Positions 40,627 to 54,009 of a stretch of DNA of 64,000 bases are shown in pieces. Below the pieces are notes generated by a model that did no database searches, had not been told where the DNA came from, and was given only the letters and a program-made list of their open reading frames with translations. The DNA lies in assembly GCA_023515725.1 (NCBI GenBank), contig JALDTO010000176.1, positions 21,783 to 85,782 of the forward strand, given 5' to 3'. Source of the stretch: Amoeboaphelidium protococcarum X5. Lineage: Eukaryota; Fungi; Aphelidiomycota. The position numbers and the translations under genes are program-made. The first letter of the stretch is position 1, and the number at the start of each line of letters is the position of its first letter.

Positions 40627-42113
40627 ATGACTATTAACGCAAGTCAGAACGTTTAGAACAGGCAGCCGCTCGACCGTCAAGATGTGATTCAGTTCGTCAA
40701 GGTAAGTTTTGAAACTCTAATTGATATCAAACAATGATCTGATTAACGAGTATCACACATACATTCATGTATATATGCATATAGTGACAAGTGGGCCGTA
40801 TTAGTAGTATCATCGCATGATGCTATTATGACGGCGGTTGTTACCATGTATGTGTATGTGTGTGCGTGCGATTATACTGAAAGCGTATGTAGCCAATGGC
40901 AAGAAAGCATCCACAGCGAACATCAATCCAGCATTGGCAGTTGCGAGATTTGGTTCACAGTCCAGCTCCGAACCAGTTTGTGCATGTGAACACTAACAAT
41001 GTTCTTCTGTATGATACCGTTACCAAGTAGTCAAACTAGCTGATTAGAAATTTACAATTTAGTCCTACAAGTGTCACCACAGGATTTGGGTATGTCGCAG
41101 CGGGTGGTTAACGAAGTCAGTTGGTTGTGAAGCAGTTGCAAGGCAGTTGGGATGCATTCTCTGCCGTCGGTGGTAGTATTAATAATGCGCTATGTATCTC
41201 TGCCTGTCCTTGGGGGAGTTACTCGGCGTAAACATCTCCTCTTGCGGTCACGTCACCGGTGAATAATGCGTCATTCGGCGTATCGGGTAGTAGTAGCAGC
41301 AGCAGTACTTATGGTTACGGCCAGTCATCGGAGCGTCAGTATGGCGATGTTAGAATTCTGATTTGTAACAATGATGAGAGCATCAAAGTGTACTCTATCC
41401 CTGGTATGTAGCGCGTAACCACGATTGGATTGCCTACTGCCGTAAACTATGCCAGTGTATCACCTGATGGCAGGAAGTTGTGTGCAGTCGGTGATAGCAA
41501 TCAGGTATTTATATATGACATTTCAACCACTGGATATTATGAAAAGATTGCGACTCTGACTGGTTCAAATGACGCCGGATTTGGATGCTCTTGGAATCAC
41601 TCATCGGATAAGGTTACTGTTGGTAGTCAAGATGGTGTCGTCACTGTGTGGGATATCAGATACATGAATAGTAATAGCAATAGCAGTAATAATAATAGTG
41701 GTAATCATAGCACTAGTACCACTGCGCCACATTTAGGTAATCCAAATTACGGGAAACTTGCAGTCATCAAGTCGTCACAGCATCCATAAGTGAAGGGAGC
41801 CGTCAGGGCGGTAAAGTTTAGCAAGTGTAGTTCTGTTGATTTACTCGTGTTCTCTGAGCATGTGAGTTATGTCAATTTTATTGATGCAAGGACGTTCGAT
41901 ACTGGAACTGCATCCAGGTAGAGCATCAGATTAGGGAGTGGTAGTCTCTCGGCGTTTAATAATTCCGCGTCTTCTAACATTGATGTTCATCTGAGTGGCC
42001 TGTCATTTGCTCCTGATAGTCGATCCATCTTTGTCGGCCTTGAGAATGCAGTTCTTGAATTCGATGTGGACACGGTGTCAAGAAGAACTTTTGCTAAAGG
42101 TGCATTGATATGA
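40627..42113 (+). CDS. DUF2415-type WD40 beta-propeller protein; intron 40702-40892, 5' structure uncertain
   Basis: IQHWQLRDLV, VNYASVSPDGRKLCAVGD, VGSQDGVVTVWDIR, GAVRAVKFS..DLLVFSEH; TGA 42111-42113. Confidence 0.85.
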
Positions 42114-42309
42114 TATGGTATGATTGATGATGCTATGAATATTGTGTTGATCTGAATAGATATCTCGAGTGCAGGCAGACAAAGGGCGTATATTATGTGA
42201 TGTTGACAGTTGGAAATGTTCATGACATTCTTTGAATTGGTGATTTATCTAGATGCTATAGATGTACTCTCTTATATCAAATCATTGAATTTTTATTTCT
42301 ATATAACCA

Positions 42310-43605
42310 TGTCGTTTAGTCAAAGGTGAGGCATATTTGGCACCAACTGAAGACTGAAAGCGTGAATTTTATATTTTCATAACATCAGGCAACCATAAAT
42401 ATACTTTCAATAATGTGGTTCTTACAGTTACAACTTCAAATAGCAGATAAATCTAATGCCGCCAATTTTCGTATAATTATCCAACAAAATCAGTGAAATC
42501 GGAGCCAATACGCGTACTGCTGTATGGCCAAATATTATTTACCATTCTCTCAGACACCTTAATTGTCACTAGCCAACAGCCAGTTCAAACTGATCAGCAC
42601 TGAGATGCTCTTGATCGTTGGGATCCACAAATGCTAATCCAGTTCTTTAAGTGAAAACTTTGGCGCGGTTTTTTGTCTGTATCTTGTCTTTATACCATGG
42701 ATCCAGTCGGTATCTTTAAAGAATTACGTGGTACGTCGACACATCGTGTAAAACCGGCTTTCCAATCAATGGACTTCTTTGTCAAGCATGGAAATCTGAA
42801 TACCAATTTGCATCCAATTAGAACCATGACAAAGGAGCTGATAATCAGATATTTTGTTGTTGGACATACAAGCTTCGCCAAATTGTTTGTGGTCTAAAAT
42901 ATTCCAATTCTTAATTAGCCCAATGCTCTAACTGGGACCGTATTATTTTTAATCGGCGATTAAGAATCAGCAGGTAGTGCATCAGCGCAAAGCTTTTTTC
43001 ATTACTTAGACTAAGAGATTAACCAATTGACGGGCACCATGTTCGATAAGCTATTCGAATTAAGCTTTTTAGACCACTCATTACTCTTGTTCAGCCAGAC
43101 ATGCCGCGTCCAATGCCGTCGTGGTCCAGTTTCTTCAAGGCAATGGTTCGCGTTGAATATAGACTCAATTGGATTTTCTGGTAACCACTCACTTTTAAGA
43201 CAACTTAGCATTTACTCCAGAATCAAAAAATAGCTTTTTCCACTTAAAGGAAAGTCTCTGCCTAAAATATAGGGCGATGGGTTGCAGTTTTTTGTCTCTC
43301 TATCTAGCAAAGTTACGCTTAATACCAGCCAAAGGGACTTTTAAACATTTACACGCTTAATCCACTTGGAATTTACACATTACATACATGCATACATACA
43401 GTACATGTGGATCAGAACCCTTCTTACTTCAACATTCAGCCTTCTTTTCATGAACGGACTTCTTGCAGCAGTTGTCACATACCAGTTTGAGTTTGGCGCT
43501 TCTGTGGTTTGCTACGTGTCCTCACTATGCTATGGGCAGCAAACTTTCGAGCCACATGGAACAGTACTTACACGCGTAAACCGCGATTACCTAAATCAAC
43601 ATTAT
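42310..43605 (-). pseudogene. unresolved region, possibly a decayed multi-exon gene
   Basis: Intron-like GTAAGT...CGTAG (~43511-43570) and GTAAGA...AG (~43367-43427) on the minus strand, with protein-like fragments interrupted by TGA in every minus frame. Confidence 0.25.
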
Positions 43606-43861
43606 AAAACAGTGTACCAGAAAGTGATCAAATTCTTTAATGTTAGCGACGTTAATTGTAAGGTTGCTCCGGTTTACCCAATAACGACGACCGGGGGAGA
43701 TAATATCCACAATGCGCTAAGGTTGAATCCACTGTTAACATTTAGGGGGTCGCGTCACGTCAACTTGTCGTTTGAACTCATCATTCTATTCTACTGCGAA
43801 CTTTTATTGCATTTATTTCCCATAATAATTGAGAGCTTTACTAATAATTATAAATACAGAA

Positions 43862-44683
43862 ATGATTATCGCTAATACTATCGTGCCTTTAGCTGCGCTT
43901 TTGAGTTGTGCTTATGCTGCTGTTACTCAGCCACTGTGTCGCCCGACCGCGTCGGATATCGAAGGTCCTTACTACGTGCCGGGTGCTTCATCCAAGAAGT
44001 TGTAAGTGTGCAGCAATGCTAGTCCTGCGCATGATCGCCTGGTCATCACTGGTCGCGTCATCAGTTCTCTAGACTGCAAGAGTCCTGTGAGAGCTCACTT
44101 GGACGTGTGGCACGCTGATCTTAATGGCCAGTACTCTACCGCTTTCGATAAGGGTGGAGATATGGAGTGTCGCGCCGTCATTGAGACTGACAAGAATGGT
44201 AACTTCAAGTTTGTCACTCTGATGCCTGGTCGTTATGATGATGATGGCTTCCGCCCTGCGCATATCCACTTCAAGATTACGCCATTCGGAGAGGATGAGG
44301 ATCGTGCTGTGGTCAAGTTCAAGCCATTGTTGACTTAGCTGTACTTCTAGGATGATGCCTTCCTGGATCACGATTCATGTCGCCATTGCAATTCTGAGGA
44401 TCCTAGTCTGGTGGTGTCTCTGGTTCACTTGGCTGACATCAAGACCTTTGTCGGCCATTGGGATGTGATTTTGGATACCGTTACTGAAGGTGGCGCATCT
44501 TCTGCTTCTGCTGCAGGTGATGCCGAGTTGAAGAAGCAAGTCGCTGAAGGTGCTGCATATACCGAAGTCAAGGATCACATTGTGGCTCCATCTGACGATT
44601 TGTCCATTCTGTAAAAGGAGAACCAGCAGTTGAAGGATCAAGTCTATGCAATGAGCTAGAAGTTGATCAAACAAGAGTTCTGA
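43862..44683 (+). CDS. secreted intradiol ring-cleavage dioxygenase-like protein
   Basis: Signal peptide MIIANTIVPLAALLSCAYA; EGPYY, DVWHADLNGQY, PGRY, RPAHIHFK and LTQLYF, retaining the Tyr/Tyr/His/His iron ligands. Confidence 0.92.
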
Positions 44684-44860
44684 ATTGGAAGTTTAAGTTG
44701 TTGAGGTGAATAAAAATAATCAAGTAATACTAAGGGCGGAATAATAAATAAAAAGTGAAGAAGGAATAAGAATAAAGAAAATGCTACGAAAGTTAATAGA
44801 TGTCATTTTAATAATAATAGTCAATCTTACCATCCCACGTAAGTGGCCAACTTGTTTAAA

Positions 44861-47800
44861 TCAATCAGAGTCACTATCGCTGTCCGGAGCAAGGGATGAG
44901 TGACTTTTGCTTTTGCTAACCTGGCTCCATCTTTCAACCTTTTTTAGTAGATTACTTCTAACTTCCGTCAATTTCTTACCATGCATTCTCGGAGTTACGG
45001 GTACAGTTAATGTCTTTGCATTTTAGTTCCAAGTTTGCATATCACCACCATTCGCACCGTTACCAAAGGACTCTTCGAACATGGCAGGGGGTGTCTTTAC
45101 TTTTTCTGAGCATTTAGACTCCAAGTAATGAGCGGCAGAGTACTGGACAACTTTCGCAGTATCTTAACTGTACTTTGACAGCAAGCTTTTCAAAAACGAA
45201 TGCCACTGTGAGCCAAGTAAATAATCATCTTTCAAAATGTCTAGCTCTTGAGTTAGAAGCATCATGGACATTGAATCTGCAAAAGACATTTACGGACTTG
45301 GAGCAGATATATGAATAGACTAAGTTGCTTTAAAGTAATCCATAAAGTCTTCGATCTAAGTGCCCATTTTTGAATAGACTTTACTCGCAATAACATAGCA
45401 TTTTGACGCGTCACCTTCTAACTCAGCTGGATGGTCTACATTAACATGAACATACAACTTTCCGATATGACGCAAAGCTTAAGCAAGTTAGACAAACGCA
45501 TCTTTCAACTCGGTATACTAATCCTATTAGTCAAATGCAACAGAGCCAGCTCTAGAGATGACACGACTCGCGGGCGATGACATTCGCAGAGAATCACGAT
45601 GCATAGCGCAATACAGCTAGTGAACTTGCCAGCTCTGATCCCAAGGCAGTCCGCTCACACCAAATTGGACTGGATCTTCAAATAGCGGTGCGATCAGCCG
45701 CTGAATGATAAAAGACTCGACGACATAACATCCATCACCCGATTCACAGCCTTACTCCTTTATAAACTACTCCACAATGAAGCGAACAGACTTGGGAAGA
45801 AGTCCCTTATTCTAAATTATGATCCTGACAATCTTCTCAACTAGAACGTCGAGATCAAAAGATTACGAAGAGTTCAGATAATTTTAAATCTCGGTAAGTG
45901 ACAAAGAGATAACCTTCTAGCAATAATGGCGGCACGTTACAACAAAATACTGCTTTAGTACAACTAGAGGCAATCCACTCGCGTCTCCATCCAACTACAT
46001 AAACCCAGATTCTTCTGTTAAAGCAGGACACTTAACACTTTCTCTTTTAAACACTAAATGTAGATACTTATTTAGAAACTAGACTATAAACAAGTCCAGC
46101 ATTTTAAGCTCATCCATGATCTTGAGACTTGAGTTTAAGTGCTTCACACTTGCCGGCGATAACTAATTGCCATTAGATGATTGAATGCATAAATACTAGA
46201 TTAAATCGATGTCAAGACTGCTCATTAACCTCACTATAGACGCGTCTTCCAAAGAGAGGCCTTCAATTTCTACTGCTGTTAAGTTAACCTCGTTCATTTT
46301 CGACGGAGGATCACTCTATGGTGGACTAGGAGGTACAAAGCGCGGTGGCGCTGAAGGTGGAGGCACAATGAATTGCTTTTACTAAGGAGCCTAAGCTTTC
46401 ACAAAACCAGATGACGGGCCAAGAGTAGCAGGCTTACTAGGCAAAGGTGGCGGTTTTGGAGCATAGTTTAACTTTACACTCTCATACCCGATACTGTTTA
46501 CCGATTATTACTACAACATTTACAGCTGAGAATTCTTTGCATCAACACTGGCCTAACTTTATCTTCTAACCGAGCCAGAAATAGTTTGATGTCCATTGAC
46601 AACACTGTCCTTCTTGGCAGAAATGCTGTTCAATGAGCGTCGCTTCTTCAGAACCTTCTTCATCAAATCCAGTTAATCATCAGGACACACCTAATTCAGC
46701 GTATCCAATCCCAGAGTAAAGAATCGCTTGAGTTCACGCAAATGATCCAGTAGAATAAGCGGAAGTTGTTCATTGTATAGAGCATTCTGAACGGCAAGCA
46801 GAGCTGCATCAGTCTAATCATTCAACGCCGTCAATTTCTCTGAACTCGCCACAGCCTAATCGAAAGATGATAGAGTACTTGAGTTGTGGCCACTATCATC
46901 TTTCGCGTCATTCTTACTATTCCTAAATCTGATGCCAGCTAGAGAATTCACCAACCTGTCCCCAATGGCTGTCTAGTCCTTAGTTGCAGCCTCAAATTCA
47001 CGCTACTTATCGTCATGCACCAGTTAAGCACTTAGCTTCAGCATCTAGTTCTACAAATCCACCATCTGACTCTACTGCTACTCACACTTATAACGACTTT
47101 CTCTAAGCGGACCTTTGATCAAATCAGTCAACTTACCCAACAGAGGTCCGTCGAATCCCTGACCAGATAAACTTAACAATGATCGAGCCAAGTGGCCCTG
47201 AAAGTCAGACACTACATTCAGTAAGTGTAAGACCACACCGCTATCCAAACTGTTATCACTGCGCCCACCATCATCATGATGAGATTATTAATCATCGACA
47301 GCAGACGAGATGAGCTCATCATTTAACCGATTACAAAAATCTGCAGATGCACCAGTACTATCCAAGCAATGAGAGTCTAGACTAACCATATCGCTGGTGG
47401 ATACACAACTGAATGGTCTGCCACTGCTAACACTTATTCGCCCATTTAACGCGCGATGTTGTATATGAGGACTCGAATTAGGAGGCAACTACTGTTCATC
47501 AGAGTCTTTAACATTTAGAAGCAGTAGACCGTGAAGACCATCATAAGAATTGGCGGCTTCTGCATTCAGTATAGAGCACTTGTCCAGGCACTCCTTCACC
47601 GCTCTCTGCTACTCTCTCACCCCCTTCAAATGATCTCTCAGCGCGTCCAGTTAGCTCAATTTGGACCCGATCTCAGTAGAATGACACAGATGAGAGCTGA
47701 AATCACTGCCCAGTGACTATAAGTCTTGCTGAAAGTTATCCAGAGTCTTATGATTACTTTCTAGATCAACGCGCAAGGATTTATGCAGCTAGTTCATCAA

Positions 47801-47917
47801 CTTTGTCTGGTTGGCCTTGCTGATTTAACGCTAGGACATCACATTGCTATAATATCGCGATAGAATCTTTCTATTCTTTCTAGTCTTTGTGGTCTTTACA
47901 CCATCCTCTTCCATCAT
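44861..47917 (-). CDS. ~1018 aa protein: coiled-coil/BAR-like N-half, Pro-rich linker, possible degenerate RasGAP-like C-half
   Basis: Frame ATG 47917 to TGA 44861-44863. PKPPPLP motifs; VEKIVRIIIQNKGLLPKSVRFIV...FIIQRLIAPLFEDPVQFG resembles RasGAP. Domain calls are tentative. Confidence 0.7.
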
Positions 47918-48239
47918 CCTTGTACAAATATTACAGCTATATTCAGAGCGACTAGTTCAAGTTAGTGTTTTTAATTGCTAAACAATGGGAAAAGTAATGT
48001 GCCCCTATTGCGGCAACTTCATTGTTGTTAAAGCACTTTTTGGCGCGAGATTCACCCGCCGCATTAGCTTCGCCACGCACTGATCGCTTTCACCTTACCA
48101 CGGCTGTACAGTAGTGCTAAGGTACCTAGAAAAATACAGTCTCAAATGAAAGGAAACCGATAAACATGTTAATAATCAGAATGTATATATTCTTTATTTA
48201 GTAGCAATGTCTTGCTTTTTTATTAGTCAAATTCGAAAA

Positions 48240-49069
48240 TCATTTTGATGACTTTGGAAAGTGGTTACTAGTACTGAAAATAGCCAGAATCTGGTGCCAT
48301 ACACAGTCGGCATCTTTATCTGCAGATACACGTGCATAGATTCCTCTCTTCTTATAGTAGTCAATCACAGGCACAGTCTGCTTGTGGAAGGCGTCCAATC
48401 TCTTGGCCAGTGCTTTGGCGTTATCGTCCGGACGCTTGATCAACGGCTGACCAGTAATATCATCAGTCATAGCCTTCTTTGGCGGATTGAACTCTTCATG
48501 GTACGATCTGCCACTCTCCGGGTGGATAAGACGGCCAGTGATACGTCTGAGCAGTAGAGAGTCAGCGATGGAAAATTCCACGGCATGATCCAACTCCTTA
48601 TGACGCGATTACAGCATAGAGTCCAACTTCTAAGCCTGCACCACAGTTCTCGGAAATCCATCCAGAATGAACCCACCTGAACATTCGCCGCCAGACTGGG
48701 AAGCACCGAAGCCGCCCTTCTCGGTCAGAGTGTCCTCAATCAACTTCACCATAACGTCGTCTTCAACTAGACCACCGCTTGCCATTGTCTCCTTGATCTT
48801 CTTACCAGTCTCGCTCAGAACTGGCTTAGAGATGGCAGCACGTAACATATCTCCAGTGGCCAGGTGGCATACATTCTTGAAGGCGCTCTTGATCTTGGGC
48901 GATTACGTTCCTTTACCTACACGCGCAGTGTTAGATTACACGTTCAGTGTTCACTTGGCATTGACTACGCGTATAACATCAACTTACCTGAACCTGGCGG
49001 GCCAATGAGTACTATACGAATACCATCCTTTTACTACTCTGCGCTCTCTGTTTTGTGTAATAATCCCAT
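48240..49069 (-). CDS. ADK1: adenylate kinase (Adk1/AK2 type); intron 48917-48987
   Basis: Splicing restores GPPGSGKGTQ with Q encoded by TAA 48903-48905; also [10 protein letters not shown] and [16 protein letters not shown]. Confidence 0.96.
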
Positions 49070-49262
49070 TTTAATTAATAATCAGTCGCTATATTTAGTG
49101 TTAGTATAACTAAGGGCTTTGCTTATAAGAAATCGACGCGAAGGAAACTGGACCTGAAAGCGCTTAAATGATCAAGAATTAAAATACTTGCAAGAGACAC
49201 CAACTTGTATGAGTGAAGAGTACAATCTTTATATTTAAAATTCACACAACAACAGTAATAAA

Positions 49263-50019
49263 TCACATGGCCATTGATGCGCGCAACTCAGCCAGCTCTG
49301 CATCTTCATCTTCGGCCACTTGAATCTTGGAAGGTCGCGGTGGTTGGGCAATGCGCGGCTCACTTACCGGAGCATTAGGTAGCGATGGAACTCCAACATT
49401 AACTGATGGCACCGGCTGAGCATCCAACAATTTACTGTCCAAATCTTCCTGCTCAAGCTGGTCCAGTTCTGCATTCAACTCATCTTCATCCAAATCGAGA
49501 CCGAATCCAACAGGCTGACTGATAGCGTCACTAATCTCATTCGCCAAGTCCATCTAATCTCTAATCTCATCCATCGTGGTATCAACACCGTTTATATCCA
49601 TTTTGCCGTGTATGCTCTTCATAGCCTCTGCACCAGATTTCATTGCCTGCATAGCCTCCAAATTAACATTGGCATTCTCTATGGTCATCACCTGTGTCTC
49701 CAATGTCATTCTAGCACCCATAATCTTTTCGATCTGACCCTCATACGCCTTCTTCCTCTTCAATGCCATTAGAGCGGCTACACATAAAAACATAATGAGA
49801 TTATATAGACAGCGAATAAATAATCGTAGCTCAACATAATTATTATGAAATACCTCTTTTATTTTTGGATACATTTGCCTTGGCCAACTTCACCTCATTA
49901 TCAACTTTGGTTTAGAGAAATCGCTCCCTCTTCTCCAGCATATCCAGAGTCTCTCGCAATTTGACAATCGATTCTTTAGCACTAGGCTGAGTCTTTTTAG
50001 CCTTTCCAAATAAATTCAT
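49263..50019 (-). CDS. SNF7: ESCRT-III subunit Snf7/Vps32/CHMP4; intron 49778-49853
   Basis: IVKLRETLDMLEKRE..., KNKRAALMALKRKKAYE, EISDAISQPVG..DEDELNAEL. Confidence 0.96.
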
Positions 50020-50307
50020 ATTTTGCTATTATAGTTCTAATCGCTGCAATTTATGTATGAATGAATGAATAATGAATGGTAGATTTCTATAAGAACAGCA
50101 ATAAGTGAGATTAAAAGAAAAGCTCACTTGCTGAAGCGAGAGAAATAGAAAACATTAAGCCAAGTGTTGAAAGACATTCAGCCAGTCACAAGGACAGCAA
50201 TCATCTCGGGAAATGTCTATAAGAAGGCTAATAAGTAAGAAGCCCAACTTACACCATTTAAATATATAAATGAAAAGCTAATATTAAAATTGAATATAAT
50301 GGATTGA

Positions 50308-53187
50308 TCAGTCTCTTCTTATTCTCTTGCTAGAGTCGCCTCTATTTCTACTGGTGCTTCTGCTATCACGAGACGCGATGCTTCCGGCATAATCTTGAGC
50401 ACCACCCGTCATACCCATCATTTCCAAGTATTACTACTGCTATTGCGTATGTTAGCCATTATATGGCATCATGGGTGCATTAGGAGGTAGTTATTAACTC
50501 ATGGCAGGACTAACTCCGCCATACATCCTCGGCATCATCTGACCACCTTGGAAATGAGGCGGTGTAGTATAACCAGGAGGTGGCTGTAAGTTGGCATTCT
50601 TCAACACATCCAGAACCATATCGGGATTGACTTGCCTACCTTAGTAAGCCTATCCAACTGGAAATCTACTGATGAACATCTACACGGCATAAGGAATCTA
50701 CTAACCACCAGGTGAAGGCATCATCATACTATTGGCATAAGGAGCAGCAGCACCACTAACACCCATTTGAGAACCAGACGGAGAACCTGGTCTCTTCACT
50801 CCGCCGGCATGTGCAGTGGCAGGTGGCGGAATCATAACAGGAGGACCTCCCATCATCATTGGAACAGGAGCCATCATCAAAGGCAATTACGCTGCGGCAG
50901 GAGTGAACACATTCGGTCTCTCCGTGGCATTGAATGAATTAAATAGCGAGACATCCGGTCTTCCCACCTGCTCCAACTTCTTAACATACTCATCCGGTAT
51001 AGTGATACCGATCGCGTTCTTTAGCGGTGGAAATAGACTCTCTTCATCCTTAGTAGCGGGCAGAGTCACAGGCTCAGTTGTATACTAGGAAGCACTGGCC
51101 ATTTACATCTACTGTTATCCATTCAAGTTACCAACAGACACTGCTCGCGTCTATTACAGTTACTATTGAAGAGATTGATAATTTTACGCGTTCAATGTAG
51201 AAGACTCAGCCTAAGACTATAATTATTACTAAGATTGCCCCATTTAGCCACCAACTCTAATAATAGATGGCTCAACACCATAAAAATCATATCGCGGCGC
51301 AGTACCAAGTTCTTTATTATGTAGTAGATTCAAATCTTGACAGAGCTTTGAACCTAGCCAGTCATGATCGTTAACGTAGTTATAAATGGAGAAGAAACGC
51401 TTCTCCAGAGCAGCCAAAGAATTCAAATCTCCGAATGCAGATTCATATGCCAACAACTTCTTCCACAATATCATGGCACCTTCCAATTGAACATTGTTAA
51501 GGGAACGTTCAAATAGAGCCTTGGCATTCGGCACATCATTGTTCAGCAGAAGATGGTCCATGTAGCAGCTGATATAAGACACATCAGTCTTAAAGGACTT
51601 GAGTCCAACTTCCAATATCTTGAAGCATACATTCTTATCCTGGTAACACCAATACTCCAACATCGCACTAGTCTTGAACAATAGCGCAGCTGCAGATGAT
51701 GGTAAAGCCAACTCTGCCGGTGGGGAATAGTCAGCATATGAAGTCTTCCTAGCGCGACTGAATATCTAACGCGTAGCTTTCTAACTATTCGAGTCCACCT
51801 ATCGCACAAACTGAATATAATGCACCCAGACACTATTTGCAAGTTCAATTAAATCGCGCTCATACTTTTTCAAAGACGCGTCACCACCATTAGCATTAAT
51901 CCTCACCTACTCACTACGGCTCTCATATCTCTTCAGAATAGACTCAAATAAACTCTTCCCCTCTTCCACAGCTTTATTGCGAATAGATTCTGCATCTGCA
52001 ACAGCATTTTTACTGTCCGCCGATTACATTACCCCAAATCTATATGGACTCAGAACATACATTTAGGCTAGATATGAATGAATTAGCACAGAGAATGGAC
52101 AGCTCTCAATCGCCTCTTTAGCAAGGTCAGCCAGGCGATATCTATCCAGCTAAACATCCTGTTAATTCACCAGATACATGATAAAATCAATCCATACAGC
52201 AGGAAATCGGTAAAAGTAATTATTCAGAGCATACCTGAACACAAACGCAGCTCTAATCATCACACTCTCACCATCAGAAAAGTTTAGAGGATTAGCAACT
52301 TCAAACAGGAACCACTCTTTGACTTTCTACTGCATTTTCTAATCATTATTATCTGGTTAGGTTGACTAATCACCATCTCCACTAACGAAAGAATTAGCAG
52401 AAAATGATGGTGGAGTGCAGTAAGCATTCTTGGGAATGGCATCAACCAAAGATTACAACTATCTGCATTTACTCTTTGCATGAATGTAATACGGCGTCCG
52501 CTCAGCAATAAACTTTCTACCTTACTACACAGAGTGGTTATAAGCAGAATTGGACGCGGTGGCAGATATCAAAGCACCACTACCATCAGCGGCACTTGAA
52601 GCATCAATTTCATGGATAGAATTAGGTGCCACCTTGCTCTCAAAATTCTCATACTCTTTCCAAATATTATCCAGGCAGGATAGAGGCAGACTGCAACATC
52701 TGATGTATGTCTATCTCAATTGATCCACAACCTGCTTCCTCTCATCAAGAGTCAACAAATCACTGTCATCATCGACTCCATCCGCTCCCGAACCACTATT
52801 ACGAGTCAAGTATTCAGTCAAATAACTCAAATAATCAGACCAAATACCATTGCTGTAATAATCGATTCCAACGTGATTAAGTGTAAACTCGTACGCGGCA
52901 CATATGATACTCTTCACCTGCGTAGAATACAGATTCTCCTCAGACTACTTCTCCCTGACATGCTGCAGATACAGTTTCCATAGATGCAAATCATTCAGTT
53001 TGACGAGAGACTGTTCAAATAATGGCTCCACAGCTTGGTCATTTGCAGCCGCCCAGTTGATATACTCTATCCAGACGGGAGCATTCGTGGGAAACTGGTT
53101 CAGTACCTTTTCATAATTCTCCTTGCTCGGTGTCTACAACACTGCTTTCCACTACTTGACATCCCATTCTTCGTTTTATTGCGTCAT
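50308..53187 (-). CDS. RNA14: mRNA 3'-end processing factor Rna14/CstF-77 (HAT repeats), ~959 aa
   Basis: YEKVLNQFPTNAPVWIEYI, LHLWKLYLQHVR, AYEFTLNHVGIDYYSNGIWSDY, IWKEYENFE, KILEVGLKSF, YESAFGDL. Confidence 0.9.
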
Positions 53188-53481
53188 CCCAGAACAAACT
53201 AACACACTCTTCGAGTAATAATTCCAAATTCAAAGCAATGTAATACGCGCTTAAAAGTAATGAAAAGGGATAGAAAGAAATGATAACGAATCAAAGCCCG
53301 TTATATCGCCAAGCACAAAGAGAAAGAAAAAGAAGTCTGACAGCGAAAGAGCGACTAAAGCTACAAAGAACTTGTAGGAGAACGACAGAGAGAGAGAACA
53401 TTCATCGCGCCTGCAAAAATAAAGGTCTCGCTCTTACTACTACAATTCATTTCCTTTAAAAACAAATAGTGGTATCACAAG

Positions 53482-53895
53482 ATGAGTGGGATCAAGATTA
53501 GATTAAAGAGAACAGAGTCGGTGAATAGCTAGCCTTTGGACCATAGGATATAAGAACTTTAATTTGTTGAATCTGAACTTTCGCGGTTAATTGAACAGAG
53601 TAACAAGATTGGCGGCATGATGTGTGATAAGATGGATGTTACTGCTGAGCTGAGTTCTTATATTGAGCGATTGCGCGCTCTATCTCAACACACTTCTAGT
53701 GAGGCTTGTGATCAAATAGAGGTACCAGTAAAGTTACTTTAGGCAATGGATGACGGCGTTAATCCTTAGAATTTTCTGTTAGATTCTATTACTTAATCCG
53801 ATAAAGGAAGATCGCAAGTCTTCACCAATCTCAAGACTGCCATTGTCTCAAAGCAGTAGCCACAACAAAATGAACGTGACGCGACGAAGTAATGA
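53482..53895 (+). CDS. MED10: Mediator subunit Med10/Nut2-like
   Basis: IEVPVKLLQAMDDGVNPQNF resembles the Med10 P.E...iD.G.NP motif; size is 137 aa. Confidence 0.65.
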
Positions 53896-54009
53896 AATCA
53901 TGAATGTAATTGTGTTTGTAAAATAAAACTTGTATTAAATAGCTCAACTCATCTCATCTCATCTATAACCAAACAATCAACACAGTATATTTATAGTCGT
54001 AACTTGTCA

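Noticed and set aside
42655-44034. Long TGA-free plus-strand frame that includes supplied ORFs 42673, 43027 and 43366
   Set aside because: The translation has no recognisable motif, runs through a TACA-repeat intron-like tract and overlaps the dioxygenase out of frame. Long open frames arise more easily with a single stop codon. Not fully excluded without RNA data.
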